Shown here: piece by piece, positions 11,239 through 23,403 of the stretch
How positions within the stretch are numbered: position 1 is the first letter of the stretch
Layout of the letters: every line of letters begins with the position of its first letter
Source of the DNA: Dipteris shenzhenensis
Taxonomy: Eukaryota
NCBI GenBank assembly: GCA_047967505.1
Contig: CM106538.1
Length of the DNA stretch: 64,000 nucleotides
Strand: one strand, 5' to 3'
Translations under genes and position numbers: made by a program
Notes under the pieces: generated by a model
Database searches by the model: none
The model's input: the letters and a program-made list of their open reading frames with translations, nothing else
Told to the model about the DNA's origin: nothing

Positions 11239-13881
11239 ATGGCACCACCCTCGAATCCCACATCCATCAAGGTCCTCCTTTCTCCAACCAACAAGCAACA
11301 GGTACAGCAAGCAGTTCAGTCCCTCCAGGACAAGGCGATCGTGGGCAGAATTGTGGGCCTCACACCCACAAGGCGACAAGTGCGAGAATGGATCCAGGCG
11401 AGCTTGGCACTAGAGGGTGACCACATTCAGGAGGTCACCATCTATGGAAGAGGCGTCTTCCTCATCTAGCTGAGCTCCCCTGATACTGCCTTGACACTTG
11501 TGGAGCAGAGTCCCATCCTCCTTAGCCCGCATTTGATGTACCTCTTTCCTTGGTACCATGGCTTTACAGAGGAGGACATAGACACAACACACCATGTTCT
11601 CTGCTTCCCAGGGCTCCCAAAGGAGTATAGAGCCATCCTCCCCTCCATTGGTCGGCCATTTGGCACCGTGCTCGAGTCTCCTCCAGATTCGGCTCCAACA
11701 GTAGCAGATGACGGGGTCCCCAGGATCAGACTGGTGGTTGAGAGCCCAAAGTCCCTCCTAGAGTTGATTCTCCTAGAGACCCTTGAAGGGGGTACACTTC
11801 GCCAGCGAGTGGAGATTTCTGGGTTACTAGGCCAGTGTCTTCGTTTTGCAGACAGATGGATCACCTAGCTAGAGATTGCCCCCGTGGCCATGGCCGAGCG
11901 CCTCCCCCCCCACCCTCGCAGAGCAAGCAGAGTCAGCATGCCAAAGTCCAGCACCCCCTCAGACAAGAGCATCAGGAGTCTCAGACCCCCTGGGTGTCCC
12001 TCTCAGAAGGAGACTGGACCCAGGTTAAAAAGGAAAAGAAACCAAGCAAATAGGCCTGCAAGCGCCACAGGCAGAGGGCAAGACGCAGAGAGAGAGACAG
12101 GGTTGTCCGAGAGGCACCTGAGGAGCCGTAGCAGCAGGAGCCCTTACGTGGAGACCCACCTCCCCAAGTGAAAGGGACCACCGCCCAGCCAGATGATCCT
12201 CCCGTGTTGGAGGTTCAGTGTCCGCATTCACCCTTGCATCAGCAACGAGCCCTAGGAGCTCCAGATGCGGCGATGGCGGAAGCCACGGACGTTAGCCCGA
12301 CAGCGACGGCTGAGAAGCGGATCTAGAGGCCTGACAAGCCTAATTAGCAGGGGGGGGCTATGGTCACCCCTATTCGCCCTCCTCCCCCTCCCCCTCCCCC
12401 TCCCCCTCCAGATCCCTCCCTCTTCCTCTCCACTCGCCCCCCCATCCTAGGTTCCCCCGCCACCTCCTCCCCCCCTCGCCCCTCCTGCTATGATCCCTCT
12501 CACCACCTGCCCCCTCCCTCCCTCCTCCCCCCCCAACTGCCCCCCTCTCCACCTCCGTAGTAGCAGGTTCTTCAGCCTCCCTCCCCTCCCCTGCCTCGAC
12601 ACCCTTGCCAACGGGCAAGGGTAAGACGACGTCCCCTTCTGCTTCCTCATTGCAGCATCTAGTCCATTCGGGGAGTAAGCCAGAGCGACAAGGCTCGTCC
12701 TCTCGGTCAGTAGCTCCCAACCTCCATCCTAAGCATCCCTTGCCGAGGGACTTTCTGGAGATTGGGACCCTAGAACTATCTGGAGATTCCGGACTCTTAT
12801 CCTTTACCGCTGGAGGTAACGCTTATGGTCTTGCAGCCCCAAAAGGGGGGTATGAACAGCTTAGTGGACTCTCAGACACACCCCATTTGGAGATTCTAGT
12901 TCGTCTCCACAAGGTTGGAGAAATGGTCCCTAGAGGTGTTCGATGCTATTATGGGAGATCACTCTTCTTCTTCGGACATAGGAGACATGATGGATTGCTT
13001 GAGAGACTAGACCGCTTCTATGTTGGAGACTCGGCACTGCACAGAGGCGGATCTACCGAGATTCTGGCAGGTACCACGATGTCAGAACACTCTCCAGTAG
13101 TACTTCACTTAGATCAGCCCCGCCAAGGTCTTTTCCAAAAGGAGGTATGCATTCCAGAGGACCTCCTGTAGGACGAGGAGATTAAGCAGGTCATGGCAAG
13201 GATTTGGGAGCAGTCAGAGACGTCAGTGCGAGGGCTGGGCTTCGTGGGTGGCCGTTGCAAACCAGAGGAGCAGTGAGGAGTTGCAGGCTCATGCCCTTAG
13301 GCGGAGGACTCTTCAGGAGCGCGAGCAAGCTTTGAGGAGAGACCTCGCCTCCATAGAGTAGATCAACGAGCAGGACCTAGGTTCTTAGTGGCTTAGCGAA
13401 AGATTCGAGAGCGCTCGCCTTGAGCTTTAAGACATGGAGATTTGGCAGGCTGAGTTCTCCTATCACTCTTCCCAAGCCCGGTGGCGTCTCTATGATCCGT
13501 AGACCCGCAGGAGATTTTAGACCAGACCCACAAGAGGTTTTTACAGCCAGCTCTTTCAGACTGAGAGGATGACACCAACTGGTCTTGTGGCCTGAGAGGT
13601 AGTTTGGGATCACGTTCCGACAGTAGTCTCGCAGGATTTATGCAGCAGACTGGAGGAGCTTTTCACAAATGAGGAGCTCTGGGAAGCCCTCAAGGCTCTC
13701 CCGACCCAGAAGTGTCTTGGCGAGGATGGCTTGACTCCGGCCTTCTTACGAAACTTTTGGGAGATTATCTCCACCCCTTTCCGACTAGCTTGCCAGGAGA
13801 TATTTGACACGGGCTCCCTCCCTCAATCCCTGAGCAAGGGGTGGATTTGTTTGATCCTGAAAGGGGGAGATACGTCACAAG
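11239..13881 (+). pseudogene. Family B ORF1 (DUF4283-like, degenerate zinc knuckle) and ORF2 EN C-part / RT N-part
   Basis: AIVGRIVG..WIQ..GRGVFLI; DHLARDCP; RLDRFYV..SEHSPV; KCLGEDGLTPAFLRNFWE; multiple stops. Confidence 0.85.
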
Positions 13882-15350
13882 GTTGAGGCTCCCAATCAGG
13901 TAGTAGGAGGAGCTGCTAGTTTCTGAATTTGCAGAAGTGCAAGAAAGCAATTCTGAAACCAAGACCTTGGTGTCTTGGTGAGGATGTTTGACCTTGAGAT
14001 GTGGTTGGATGAGTCGTCGAAAACTTTTGTGAAAGTGAAGGATATTGATGAGTGCTTGGAGTCATCCAGGTGCTAGCTGGTATGGCTGACGTAGAGGAGG
14101 ATTCTTTGCCAGAGCCTATAGATTCCTTGATGTAGGAGGGGGCTACACATGGAAGCTGGGAGCTCAGTGCAAGCTCATGGTCTAGGTAATCTGGATTTAT
14201 GCTTGGGATTTGATTTCTCGAGTATGTTGTTTAGTTGCGGACTTGACAGACCCTGAGAGCATGGTGTTTGGAGAAACTCAAGCAGTTATCCTTTTAAGAA
14301 GGGGACATTTGGAGGATGCCGATGCCTAGAGTGCTGAAGTTCAAAGGTGGGTACGTGATTGAAGGATGTGGTGCCATCAGGTCCTACCAAAGATGGACCG
14401 GTGTACCAAGTTGGTTTGCTTGCACGGGACCAGACCTGCTGGAGCAGGAGCCACTGGTTAAAAGAGCAGGAAGTAATATAGACACCGCATTGTTCCAAGG
14501 GGCTACAACATGGGCGCTGCGTGAGCATCTTCATCAATGAGTTGGGATATGAATGAGATGTGTCGGTAAGTGGGGGTGTTGGGAAATTCCTCCCCATCTG
14601 TAAGCCTCCATATGAGGAGAGCATGGGGGAGGTGGACCTAGGGTTAGGGCTACCACATGGGCAGCTTATCGACGGCTGTCATGTGGGTAGCAAACTCAGA
14701 GGGAATACAAAGAAGAGGGGGCTGCCACATGGGAACATCTAGGCTGCCAGGTGGGCAGCATACAAGCAATCAAGAAAAGGAATATGGGGCTGTCCCATGG
14801 GTAGCACATAGGCTTCCATATGGGCAGCACAATCATAGACTTACCCGGCCATGAGTGGAGCTCTTGGTGGAGAGATTCTGTATGGAGCAAACATGTGACA
14901 AGGTGGAACTGTTCACAGTAGTTCTGGGCAAGATCTGGAGCTTGGAACATGTTGACTAGAGAATGGAGGCCTGTGCAAGACTGTGTGGACATCCTGGAGC
15001 AGTCAAGTTGAGATTGGATGGATTGGAAGAGCTGGTACAGCCCAGAAGTGCATGGATCTGTAGTTGCCTTCATGACAGGTGTCTGCAGCAGCAAGTATGA
15101 GGCCGGTACGGTAGATCTAGGGCAAGATGTAGCACTGGTACAGATGTGAAACAGTAGGTAGAAGGCTAGAGCTGATAGGCGATTGGCAGGAGTAGACCAT
15201 GGGCTAGAGATCAGGGCTAAAACAGGCCTAGGAAGATGGCGAACAGATGCAGCATGGGGGCGACTATCAGGTCGGCAGGATCTTTGGCAAAAATGCCTTG
15301 CAACAGGGCATTGGTGAATTATAGATAGAAGTGCAAGAAAGTAATTGTGG
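13882..15350 (+). mobile_element. Partial non-autonomous Copia-derived element (internal region, PPT, 3' LTR from 14577)
   Basis: 14250-14576 aligns with 31835-32161; aagtggggg is followed by TGTTGG; conserved LTR hairpin at 14589-14632; right end uncertain. Confidence 0.75.
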
Positions 15351-15639
15351 CAAAGCAAAAATTCAAGTCACTTATATCATATAGATGGTCTTGTAGATGA
15401 AGAACCAGTACTGCGTGGTCATAGGCAAATACAGCGTTTGTCTTCTATGTCCCTTTGCCATGAGTAGTCTTTCTCTGTATGCATTTGAGGGTTGAATAAC
15501 ATTGCATTGTTGTTTTGTTAATGGTGTGTTGCAGCTTCTACTCCTTGATGTGGTCTGCTTTCCTCTTAAGGTCACATTGTACATATGGGCCTACTAGACC
15601 ATGGATGTCACAGGTGGTTGTTTACAGCAGAGGTGTAGG

Positions 15640-15935
15640 AGTATATTCACCCCACGAGTGTATGGATTTTGTATAGACCCAGAAGCAAGGGTATATATGC
15701 TTTGTATAGACTGGGGAGTATATTCATTTTGTATAGATCCAAGAGCCAACATATTCATTTTGTGTAGACTTTGGAGTAAATTCATTTTGTATAGAGTTGA
15801 AGCCAGTATATTTGTTTTGTATGGAGTCAAGAGTGAGATGTATAGTATATTCATTTCAGGAGGGTTATTTTTTTTTGTATAGATTCATGGGGATATTTGT
15901 TTCATATTGATCCATAGTATGTTCATTTTATTTGG
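15640..15935. repeat. Degenerate ~30-bp tandem array (attcattttgtataga core)
   Basis: ttttgtataga-like core recurs about 8 times. Confidence 0.75.
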
Positions 15936-15999
15936 GTCAGCAAGCTTTTGCTTGCATATTAAGATTAGGCATCGTGTCTTGGAAATCTCGCCCTTCTCA

Positions 16000-16690
16000 G
16001 ATGTTCTCTCTTGGAATGCATTGATCTCGCAGGATACACATAATAGGGCCAAGGTGAGCAGGCAATGGACGCATGCAGCATGAGAGCTATGATATCATAT
16101 TGTGCTGCTCTTATGGACATGTATACATTACAGGATATGTATAACAGAGATAGGGTGAGCAAGCACTGGACTGTTTTTGAACTTATGCAACATGAGGGCT
16201 ACGATATAATACTGTGCTTGGCATTGCTCTTCTGGACATGTATGGAAAATGTCGTGCTCTCTCTCTCTCTCTCTCCCCCTCAATGCGCAGGTCCCTTCTC
16301 GGAATTTTCGCTGTCTTGGAATGCATTGATCTCACAGGAACAACACAATAGGACCAAGCCCATGGTCTTTTGGCAATGATCTTTTGGACATGTATGCCAA
16401 GCGTGTGCTTGAGGAGCTTCCAGCTCAGAATGTTCTCTCTTGGAATGCATTGACAAGGTCAAGGTAAGCAAGCACTGGATTGTTTTGAAAGCATTCATCA
16501 TGAAGGCATCCCTCCAAATGCAATGACCTATGCTTGCATCTCTAAAGCCTGTGGTAGTTGCGAGAGTGAGCTGTCTGCAAAATATTATGTGTGCTTGAGG
16601 AGCTGCCTTCGCGAAATTTGTCTCTCTTGGAATGCATTGAAAGCCTCTCTCTCTCTCTCTCTCAGCCTATTTTGAATGCATGCAACACGA
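16000..16690. repeat. Dispersed short repeats ctctcttggaatgcattga
   Basis: Copies near 16005, 16312, 16436 and 16623, plus a variant at 16672. Confidence 0.7.
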
Positions 16691-16849
16691 GGGTGGCCCT
16701 TTGGATGCAGTGATCTGTGGGTGTGCCTTGAAAGAGTGGGAGATGTAGAGAGAAAGAGAGAAGGAGAGAGTGATGGAAGTAGTGAGGAAAGGAGAGAGAC
16801 AAAGAGTGATGGAAGCATCTGCAGAGCCCGTGGCCATGCTGGCTACAGC

Positions 16850-17378
16850 CAGCACACATTGCCATGCAAGCAACCACATTAGCTGCCACATAGGTAGCCA
16901 AGTCGGCTGTCACATAGGTAGTCAACGACAGCAGACAATCATACAGACAGCACCACATTAGTGCACAATAGCCACATCGGCAACGTGGCAGTCGGTGATT
17001 GGAGCAGATGCAGCCCGACCAGCTTGGTCGGGACAGATTTGGCCAGGGGGTTGCCTGCCTTGGTCGGTCATTTCTAAGGCCCAAGGGAGCCTATAAAAGG
17101 TAGCCGCCTTCGCCTCTTTCGTCATTCACTTCCAGGGTTGAAGAGTGCAGCCAACAGTAGTATTTTGCAGCTGAGGTCAGGCTAGGATTAGGAGCAGCGA
17201 ATCTGGTTCATCCTTGGCGTCTATAGGACATCTTCCAGGCCCCTTCATTTTGGACAGCAGCAGCAGCATTAGGGTCTGCATCAAAGCATCCCTCTTCTGC
17301 TTATCTACAGTGAGGGTTCATCCCTCCATACAGTACTTATTCTTTGAGTTGTATTCAGCCCTATTGGGAATACATTTA
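16850..17378 (+). mobile_element. Probable older LTR fragment related to the hairpin-LTR family
   Basis: gctgccacataggtagc motifs and cctataaaagg (~17090) resemble the 30254 LTR. Confidence 0.4.
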
Positions 17379-18775
17379 TGTTGGCAATGGGCAGGTCACC
17401 TCCCCATCTGTAAGTTCCCAAATGAGGAGAGCGTGGGGGAGGTGGACCTAGGGCCAGGGCTACCACATGAGCATTTGATTGGATGCCTTTGTGGACAGCA
17501 TGCCCCGAGGGAAAAAGAAAGAGAGGGGGTTGCCACATGGGCAAGCACCTTACAGTAGAGCAAGGGGACTACCACATGGGCGGCACATGGGTAGCCATGT
17601 GTGCAACACAAGAAATGAGTACCTGGCACCAAGATGGACAACAACAGGCTGCATAAAGAGACTGAGAAAGACCACGATGTTGTCAGCATGGGTACAGCTT
17701 GGTATGGATGCTTGGAGCAGACTATACAGAGGTCCATGTGGCCTGACAAAAGGCGGATCCAAGGCAGAAAGGAGGTGCAGCTGTGGTGCAAATCTATAGG
17801 TGTCTGGCAAACCCTTAGGGCTTGCATTGGACCACGGTTTGGGGCAGGAAAGGCCCTGGACAGATGGCAGGGAAGATGGAGCAGATAGGCGAGGGTTATG
17901 GGCAGGTGGCAGGCCTGCAATAGGCCCTGGGATAGGGCAGATATGCTAGGCACCCAGGTGGCCAGGAGCAGCAGTAAAAGGGCTGGCCATGGGGCCTTAG
18001 ATAGAGCCTACTGGGTCGGCCCAGTAGGCTGGTCAGCCAATAGGGGGGGCTGCTGGGTTGGCCCATTTCCCCCTACTGGATCGGTTGGTTTTGGGCCTTA
18101 TAAAAGGGCCCCTTCTGGGGCTCATAAGGCATCACTTGGAGCAGCAATCCAAGAGTAGGAAGGCCTGCAATAGGCCCTAGGATAGGGCAGGTGGAAGGCC
18201 TGCAATAGGCCCTGGGATAGGGCAGATATGCTAGGCACCCAGGTGGCCGGGAGCAGCAATAAAAGGGCTGGCCATGGGGCCTTAAATAGAGCCCTACTGG
18301 CTCAGCCCAGTAGGCAGGTCGGCCAATAGGGGGGGCTGCTGGGTCGGCCCATTTCCCCCTATTGGGTCGGTTGGTTTTGGGCCTTATAAAAGGGCCCCTT
18401 CTAGGGCTCATAAGGCATCACTTGGAGCAGCAATCCAGGAGTAGGAAGGAGCGGCAATGCAATAGCAAGGAGCAGCAGCAATAGGTCCATCCTTGGGCCT
18501 ATACATAGGAGCTGAAGGAGACGTACAAGGGCTGTAGTCTGAGCTCAAGGTACTGTCCACCTAGGCTGGCTACCCGGATAGCAAGGTAGAAGGGATCACT
18601 GACAGAGAGTCTACATAAGCTCAGTGGAGCATGCAATATTAGGGATCTGGAGGTGACAGCAAGATAGTAGTACAACATTTTGGTAAGGTAAGAGGACCAT
18701 GTATTGGTGGGACTCTAAGCCTCTCTTTTGTATTGTGTCTTTCTGTGGTTGGACAGAAATATCTTTGGCAATAAG
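17379..18775 (+). mobile_element. LTR of the hairpin-LTR family, 3'-truncated, with an internal ~290-bp tandem duplication that includes the TATA box
   Basis: TGTTGG start at 17379; hairpin 17394-17448; 17900-18160 is repeated at 18186-18447; 18700-18765 resembles 31360-31420. Confidence 0.8.
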
Positions 18776-19469
18776 AGGTGGAGTGGAGGGAGAGCTAGGA
18801 GATTTGCCACGTGTTGTTATGGTGCCCTTTCCATCTTGACACGCCATAGCAGAGGCACTTGGGCATCACTGTGTAGGAGCAAGGCAGAAGAGAGAAGCCA
18901 TCTACTAACACGAGTGAGGACTCAGAGGTGGCAAGTCATGACTGTAGACAGCAAGCAAATATGAGTTGGGAACTTTGGCAATGGGACTGACCAGAGATGT
19001 GAGAATAGATTGGTGTCACGGTGACTGGTCTTCACGGCTAACAAGTGATGGAGTGGAGTGGAGAGTGTGCATAGCAAAGAACAATCGCGCAGATTGGAAC
19101 AGTCGAGCTGAAGGATTGGCTACACATTGGTAGAGTGGATGGCAACGCAGAAGAGCATGGTTGGCAATGCAACAGACAGAGCACAGTGATTGACCTCTTT
19201 TGCTGTTTTAACAACAGTAGAAGGGGAAGCATAGTCTGGATGAGGGGTTGCGAGGCAGGCACATGTCGGTCCACATGGATGCACATTGTCTGTCAGACAG
19301 CCACGAGGCGAGTTGCTGACGTGCGATGCCACAGCAATAAGCGGTTTAAATGAAATATTTTTTTTTCAAAATTTTGTGCTTGGTTTATATATTCACACAC
19401 ACACACATAACATTTTTAAAACCTTTTAATAATCCTTTGTCAAATGCTTTTCATTTAATTTTTATTTCT

Positions 19470-19475
19470 TTTTGA

Positions 19476-19522
<47 letters not shown>

Positions 19523-19736
19523 TATATTATGTATACAATATTTACATTTCATGTTTAATTTATATATATATACACATATATGAATTGCCTTTTAAATTAA
19601 TCCTTTTTTAAATGCTTTTCATTTAATTTTTATCGCTTTTTGGAGGCATGAGAGAGAGAGAGAGAGAGAGAGAATATTACATATATGATATTTATTTATA
19701 TTTATACATTTCATGTTTAGAGAGAGAGAGAGAGAG

Positions 19737-19790
<54 letters not shown>

Positions 19791-20746
19791 AACATACGCG
19801 CACACAAACACACACACACACACACACACACACGTGGGTAACAAGGCAATAGGGTGGGTTTATGCTTTATTTTCAAATATGTGGCACATTGTGAGGGCTC
19901 TAGAAGATAGGCTCAAATGACTCCACATGTAACAAGAGAGGCTAAGACACAAGCTTGACAACCATGTGTGTGGAGTGGGCATGCGGTGAGTTATTGCCAT
20001 GAAATGACACATGTGGCCTTTGTGCAACAAGCTACCACCTTCAAGCCTCTAGCCATACCCGCACACGTGCGTGTGCACACACACACGTATGTACATTTAT
20101 ACGTACATACAAATGTACATACATATGTATGTTTATACAGATAGAGACATGGTGCAAGATCGATGGAATTGACACACTTATGTGCATGGGTGCAGATATT
20201 CTAGCCATGTGCATTCAAAGGTGCACATACATCACATGAACATATACAGACACTTATAGGGACACAAGCACACATGTACATGAGTACACAATCATATTGG
20301 ATTGCACATGGACATATAGATGCATACATCCACTTGCATTGGCCTACACATAGACACACATGCAATCATCCACAATGCACAAAAAAACCCACACACTCCT
20401 AAGCAAACATACAAACATTATCATCATACACACACCTCTTCTTTAAAAACAAGCTTCTCCAAAATTGCATTTCTTCAATTTTAGGACTTGACTTTAATTA
20501 ACGACATTTTAATGTTCAAATAAAAATTCTTCATGTGTGTGTGTGTGTGTGTGTGTGAAATAAATAATATATATTTTATTTATACCTTCAAATGAAAAAT
20601 CAATATATAATAATTAATGTGATGATTGATTATAGTCGGTCAATTTAATTCAATTAATTTAGATCATATTATTAATAAAGACACTCCTAGGGATTCATTT
20701 GGATTTGATTAGAAAATTTAATAAAAAGCTTACAAATGTTGAGATT

Positions 20747-20815
<69 letters not shown>
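19470..20815. repeat. AT-rich region with clustered (GA)n, (CA)n and (GT)n microsatellites
   Basis: Direct reading, e.g. 19478-19519, 19718-19832, 20535-20557, 20750-20815. Confidence 0.9.
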
Positions 20816-20818
<3 letters not shown>

Positions 20819-20894
20819 GAGATACAATTTGAAAATTTCTTAAAGTTATAAATAAAACCTTAAATTTAATTCCTCGAAATTAAAGGTAACTTAT

Positions 20895-20958
20895 GGTCTC
20901 AACTTTGAGACCCAGCGAAGAGGGTCTGTAACCCGTCATAGACGGGTCATGCTACTCG
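20895..20958 (+). mobile_element. Candidate Helitron 3' terminus
   Basis: Hairpin acccgtc-ata-gacgggt (20931-20947), then 7 nt and CTCG|T exactly where the L1 coding sequence resumes; second hairpin 20895-20912; CTCG is non-canonical (CTRR expected). Confidence 0.4.
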
Positions 20959-23110
20959 TGTATGTAGAGGGCACCACAGCGAGTTTGAAGAGAGTCAGGG
21001 GAGCCCTGACTATTTACTACGAGGCCTTGGGTGCGCGGATCAAGTGGACAAAGTCCATAGGTTTCTTCACAAGCTATGAGGAGACACAGGAGATTCATGA
21101 GTGGGGGGGTGACTTTGACTTCAGATGGATACCACGGGGCTAGACAGCGAGATACCTCGGATGCCAGGTTGGTATTGACATTACAGGAGAGCAATAGATC
21201 ACCTCGGTCCTTGAGAGTGTTCGGTGCAAGCTTCTCTACTGGAGCTCGACCAAACTCTCCCTAGCAAGTCGGGCCTTAGTGGCAAACCAGGTCCTTGCCA
21301 CGGCCTGGTATATCGCCTCCTGCTAGTGTTTTCACAGAGGGTGCATTGGGCAGCTCCGACGGTTGGTTCGGAACTTCCTTTGGGCACGTTCGGATGGCAC
21401 GAGGAATACTAGAGCCCGGGTCGCTTGGTAGACGGTGATCATGCCGCAGGCACTGGGAGGCTTGGGTATCATTGATCCGGAGATGCAGAGCATAGCCCTC
21501 CTGGGCAAGTTGGTTGTTCGCGGCGTCACCCTAGGTGCAGAGCCCTGGAAGCTCCTCTTACAGCAAGGGCTTCTCAGGAACACCCCACGCACTAGGGGGT
21601 AGTGGCAGCTTTCACACAGATGGATCTTCTCAGAGGCCCCCCCTTGATGAGGAGCCTTCACAGGGTCTGGCAGAGACTAGCAGAGGGGCTCATTCGTGCT
21701 CCACCCAGATGTAGAGAGGAGTTTGAGCGTCAGCCCCTTGTGTGGCACCCAGAGATCCGAGATCAGGAGGGGTGCATTGGTTGGGCACAGTGGGACAGTG
21801 GACCAGCCGGGTCTTTTGGCAGATAGAGCAGAGAAAGGCAGAGGTAAGGCTTGGCGCCTTAGCGCATCTGAGAGGGGCAGGGCAGCGGATGAGAGAGATT
21901 GACCTAGCCATCCCTGAGTCCTGGTGGGAGGGACTTCACGTATGGAGGGACAGTAGATGGTTGGGCCAGTTTTCTCAGACTAGTGTCTCCTCGAGGATGA
22001 TGATGCAACGAGGCAACGCACCCCGATTTTCCCCGTGTAGGACCTAGAGGCCTACTTCAGCCACTTACTGAGAGAGACCCTGAGATGGATGAGAGTCTTG
22101 ATGGGATTAACTGGCAAATGATCAGAGTCGTGGGACGTTTGGGGAAGGAGTGGCACATTGACCCTCCCAGTATCTCAGAGCAGGATGCCCTCAGATGGCG
22201 CCTCTGGCTTTGGGAGGGTAGACCCTTGAGGGAGGTCTAGTGGGACCCAGGAGGGTGGTTCTGGCCCTCTAGGGGCGGCCTTGCCGAGCAGGTGGACGAG
22301 GTGCCCTTCTTTTCCTACACCACACAGATTGGCAAGAGGCTTCAGATGGACTCTTCCATGTGGACCCCCTCGAGGGAGAGGCATTGGGTGGCCCAAAGAG
22401 TGCCCCGAGATGTTCGTTCCAGGTTTTGGACGCGGTTATGGTCCAATTTGCGGCCGAGGAAGATTTCATACTTCTTATGGCTGGTTGCCACGGAGGCCTG
22501 TCCATCGGATCGTGGTTGGAGTAGATGCGGGTGGAGGGGCAGTGCCATTGTTGCTCTGCTAGTTTCCTGGAGATGATCCCACACTGCTTCTGGAGCTGTC
22601 GTAGCGTAGCGAGGATCTGGATGGGAGCCCTCAGGATCATGACCCGTATGCAGAGTCTTCAAAGGGACTACACCTAGGGGATGGTGGCCTGGTTGACTGA
22701 GGGAGGACACATGTTCCAGATTGATAAGATCTCCCCCACTTACCGGATACAGGGTCAGAGCATTCAGAGGATAGCACTCCATGAGGCAGTCCCTCCTGAT
22801 AGCCTAGCTCCTCCTCCTCCGGAGGACAACGTTTGGGAGGTGGTATGCCAGTATCACTGCGTGGAACATTTGGGTGGCTCGTTGCAGTCTCGTGATGGGT
22901 GAGCATCTGGTTCCACCCTCGGCTACCTTGGTCGCCACATGGCAGGATATCATCTAAACCCTACGCTCCACCTGGGAGCGTGGGACCCCAGGCTCTAGGG
23001 CGATTGTCGAGAGGTGTGCTCAATTCTGCAAGGCTTGGCCTGCATGAGTTATCTACATCGTCACTCCGCGAGGGATTCTTTGGTTGTATAGTCCCCCCAC
23101 CTGGCTCCTA
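20959..23110 (+). pseudogene. Family B ORF2 C-terminal half (RT end and zf-RVT)
   Basis: GARIKWTKS, YLGCQVG, GGLGIIDP, FWTRLWSNLRPRKISYFLWL; many stops and frameshifts. Confidence 0.88.
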
Positions 23111-23131
23111 GCCCCAGTACCAGAGATCTGG

Positions 23132-23392
23132 GTTTCTCTAGAACAGGCCGGTCTTTTCTTTCAGCCTTTTCCGGTTTTTCGCCATACTCAGCACTGCTGT
23201 TTTGTATGAAGTTTTTCAAGCATTAATAGAAGGTTCCTTTCTTTGGAAAAAAAAAAAAGTTTCTCTGGAACAGGCCGTTTTTTCTTTCAGCCTTTTCCCG
23301 GTTTTTTTCCATACTCAGCACCTTCGGGGCTGCTGTCTTGTATGAAAATCTTTCAAGCATTAATAGAAGGTTCCTTTCTTTGAAGAAAAAAA
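23132..23392 (+). repeat. Tandemly duplicated L1 3' UTR, each copy with its own A-tail
   Basis: gtttctct.gaacaggccg...ttcctttcttt plus A-run at 23132-23258 and 23259-23392. Confidence 0.9.
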
Positions 23393-23403
23393 GTTAAAAA
23401 AAT

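Larger units (their letters stand above)
10557..23403 (+). mobile_element. L1-clade LINE (family B) with ~7 kb of nested sequence replacing the RT core
   Basis: TSD tgcaaggcctca at 10545-10556 and 23404-23415; C-rich 5' UTR, ORF1, EN/RT pieces, zf-RVT and poly(A). Confidence 0.85.

Noticed and set aside
10349-11469. Long Pro-rich and Gly-rich ORFs resembling extensins or formins (also 44324-45115 and 12360-12720)
   Set aside because: They are open in several frames only because C-rich LINE UTRs lack stop codons
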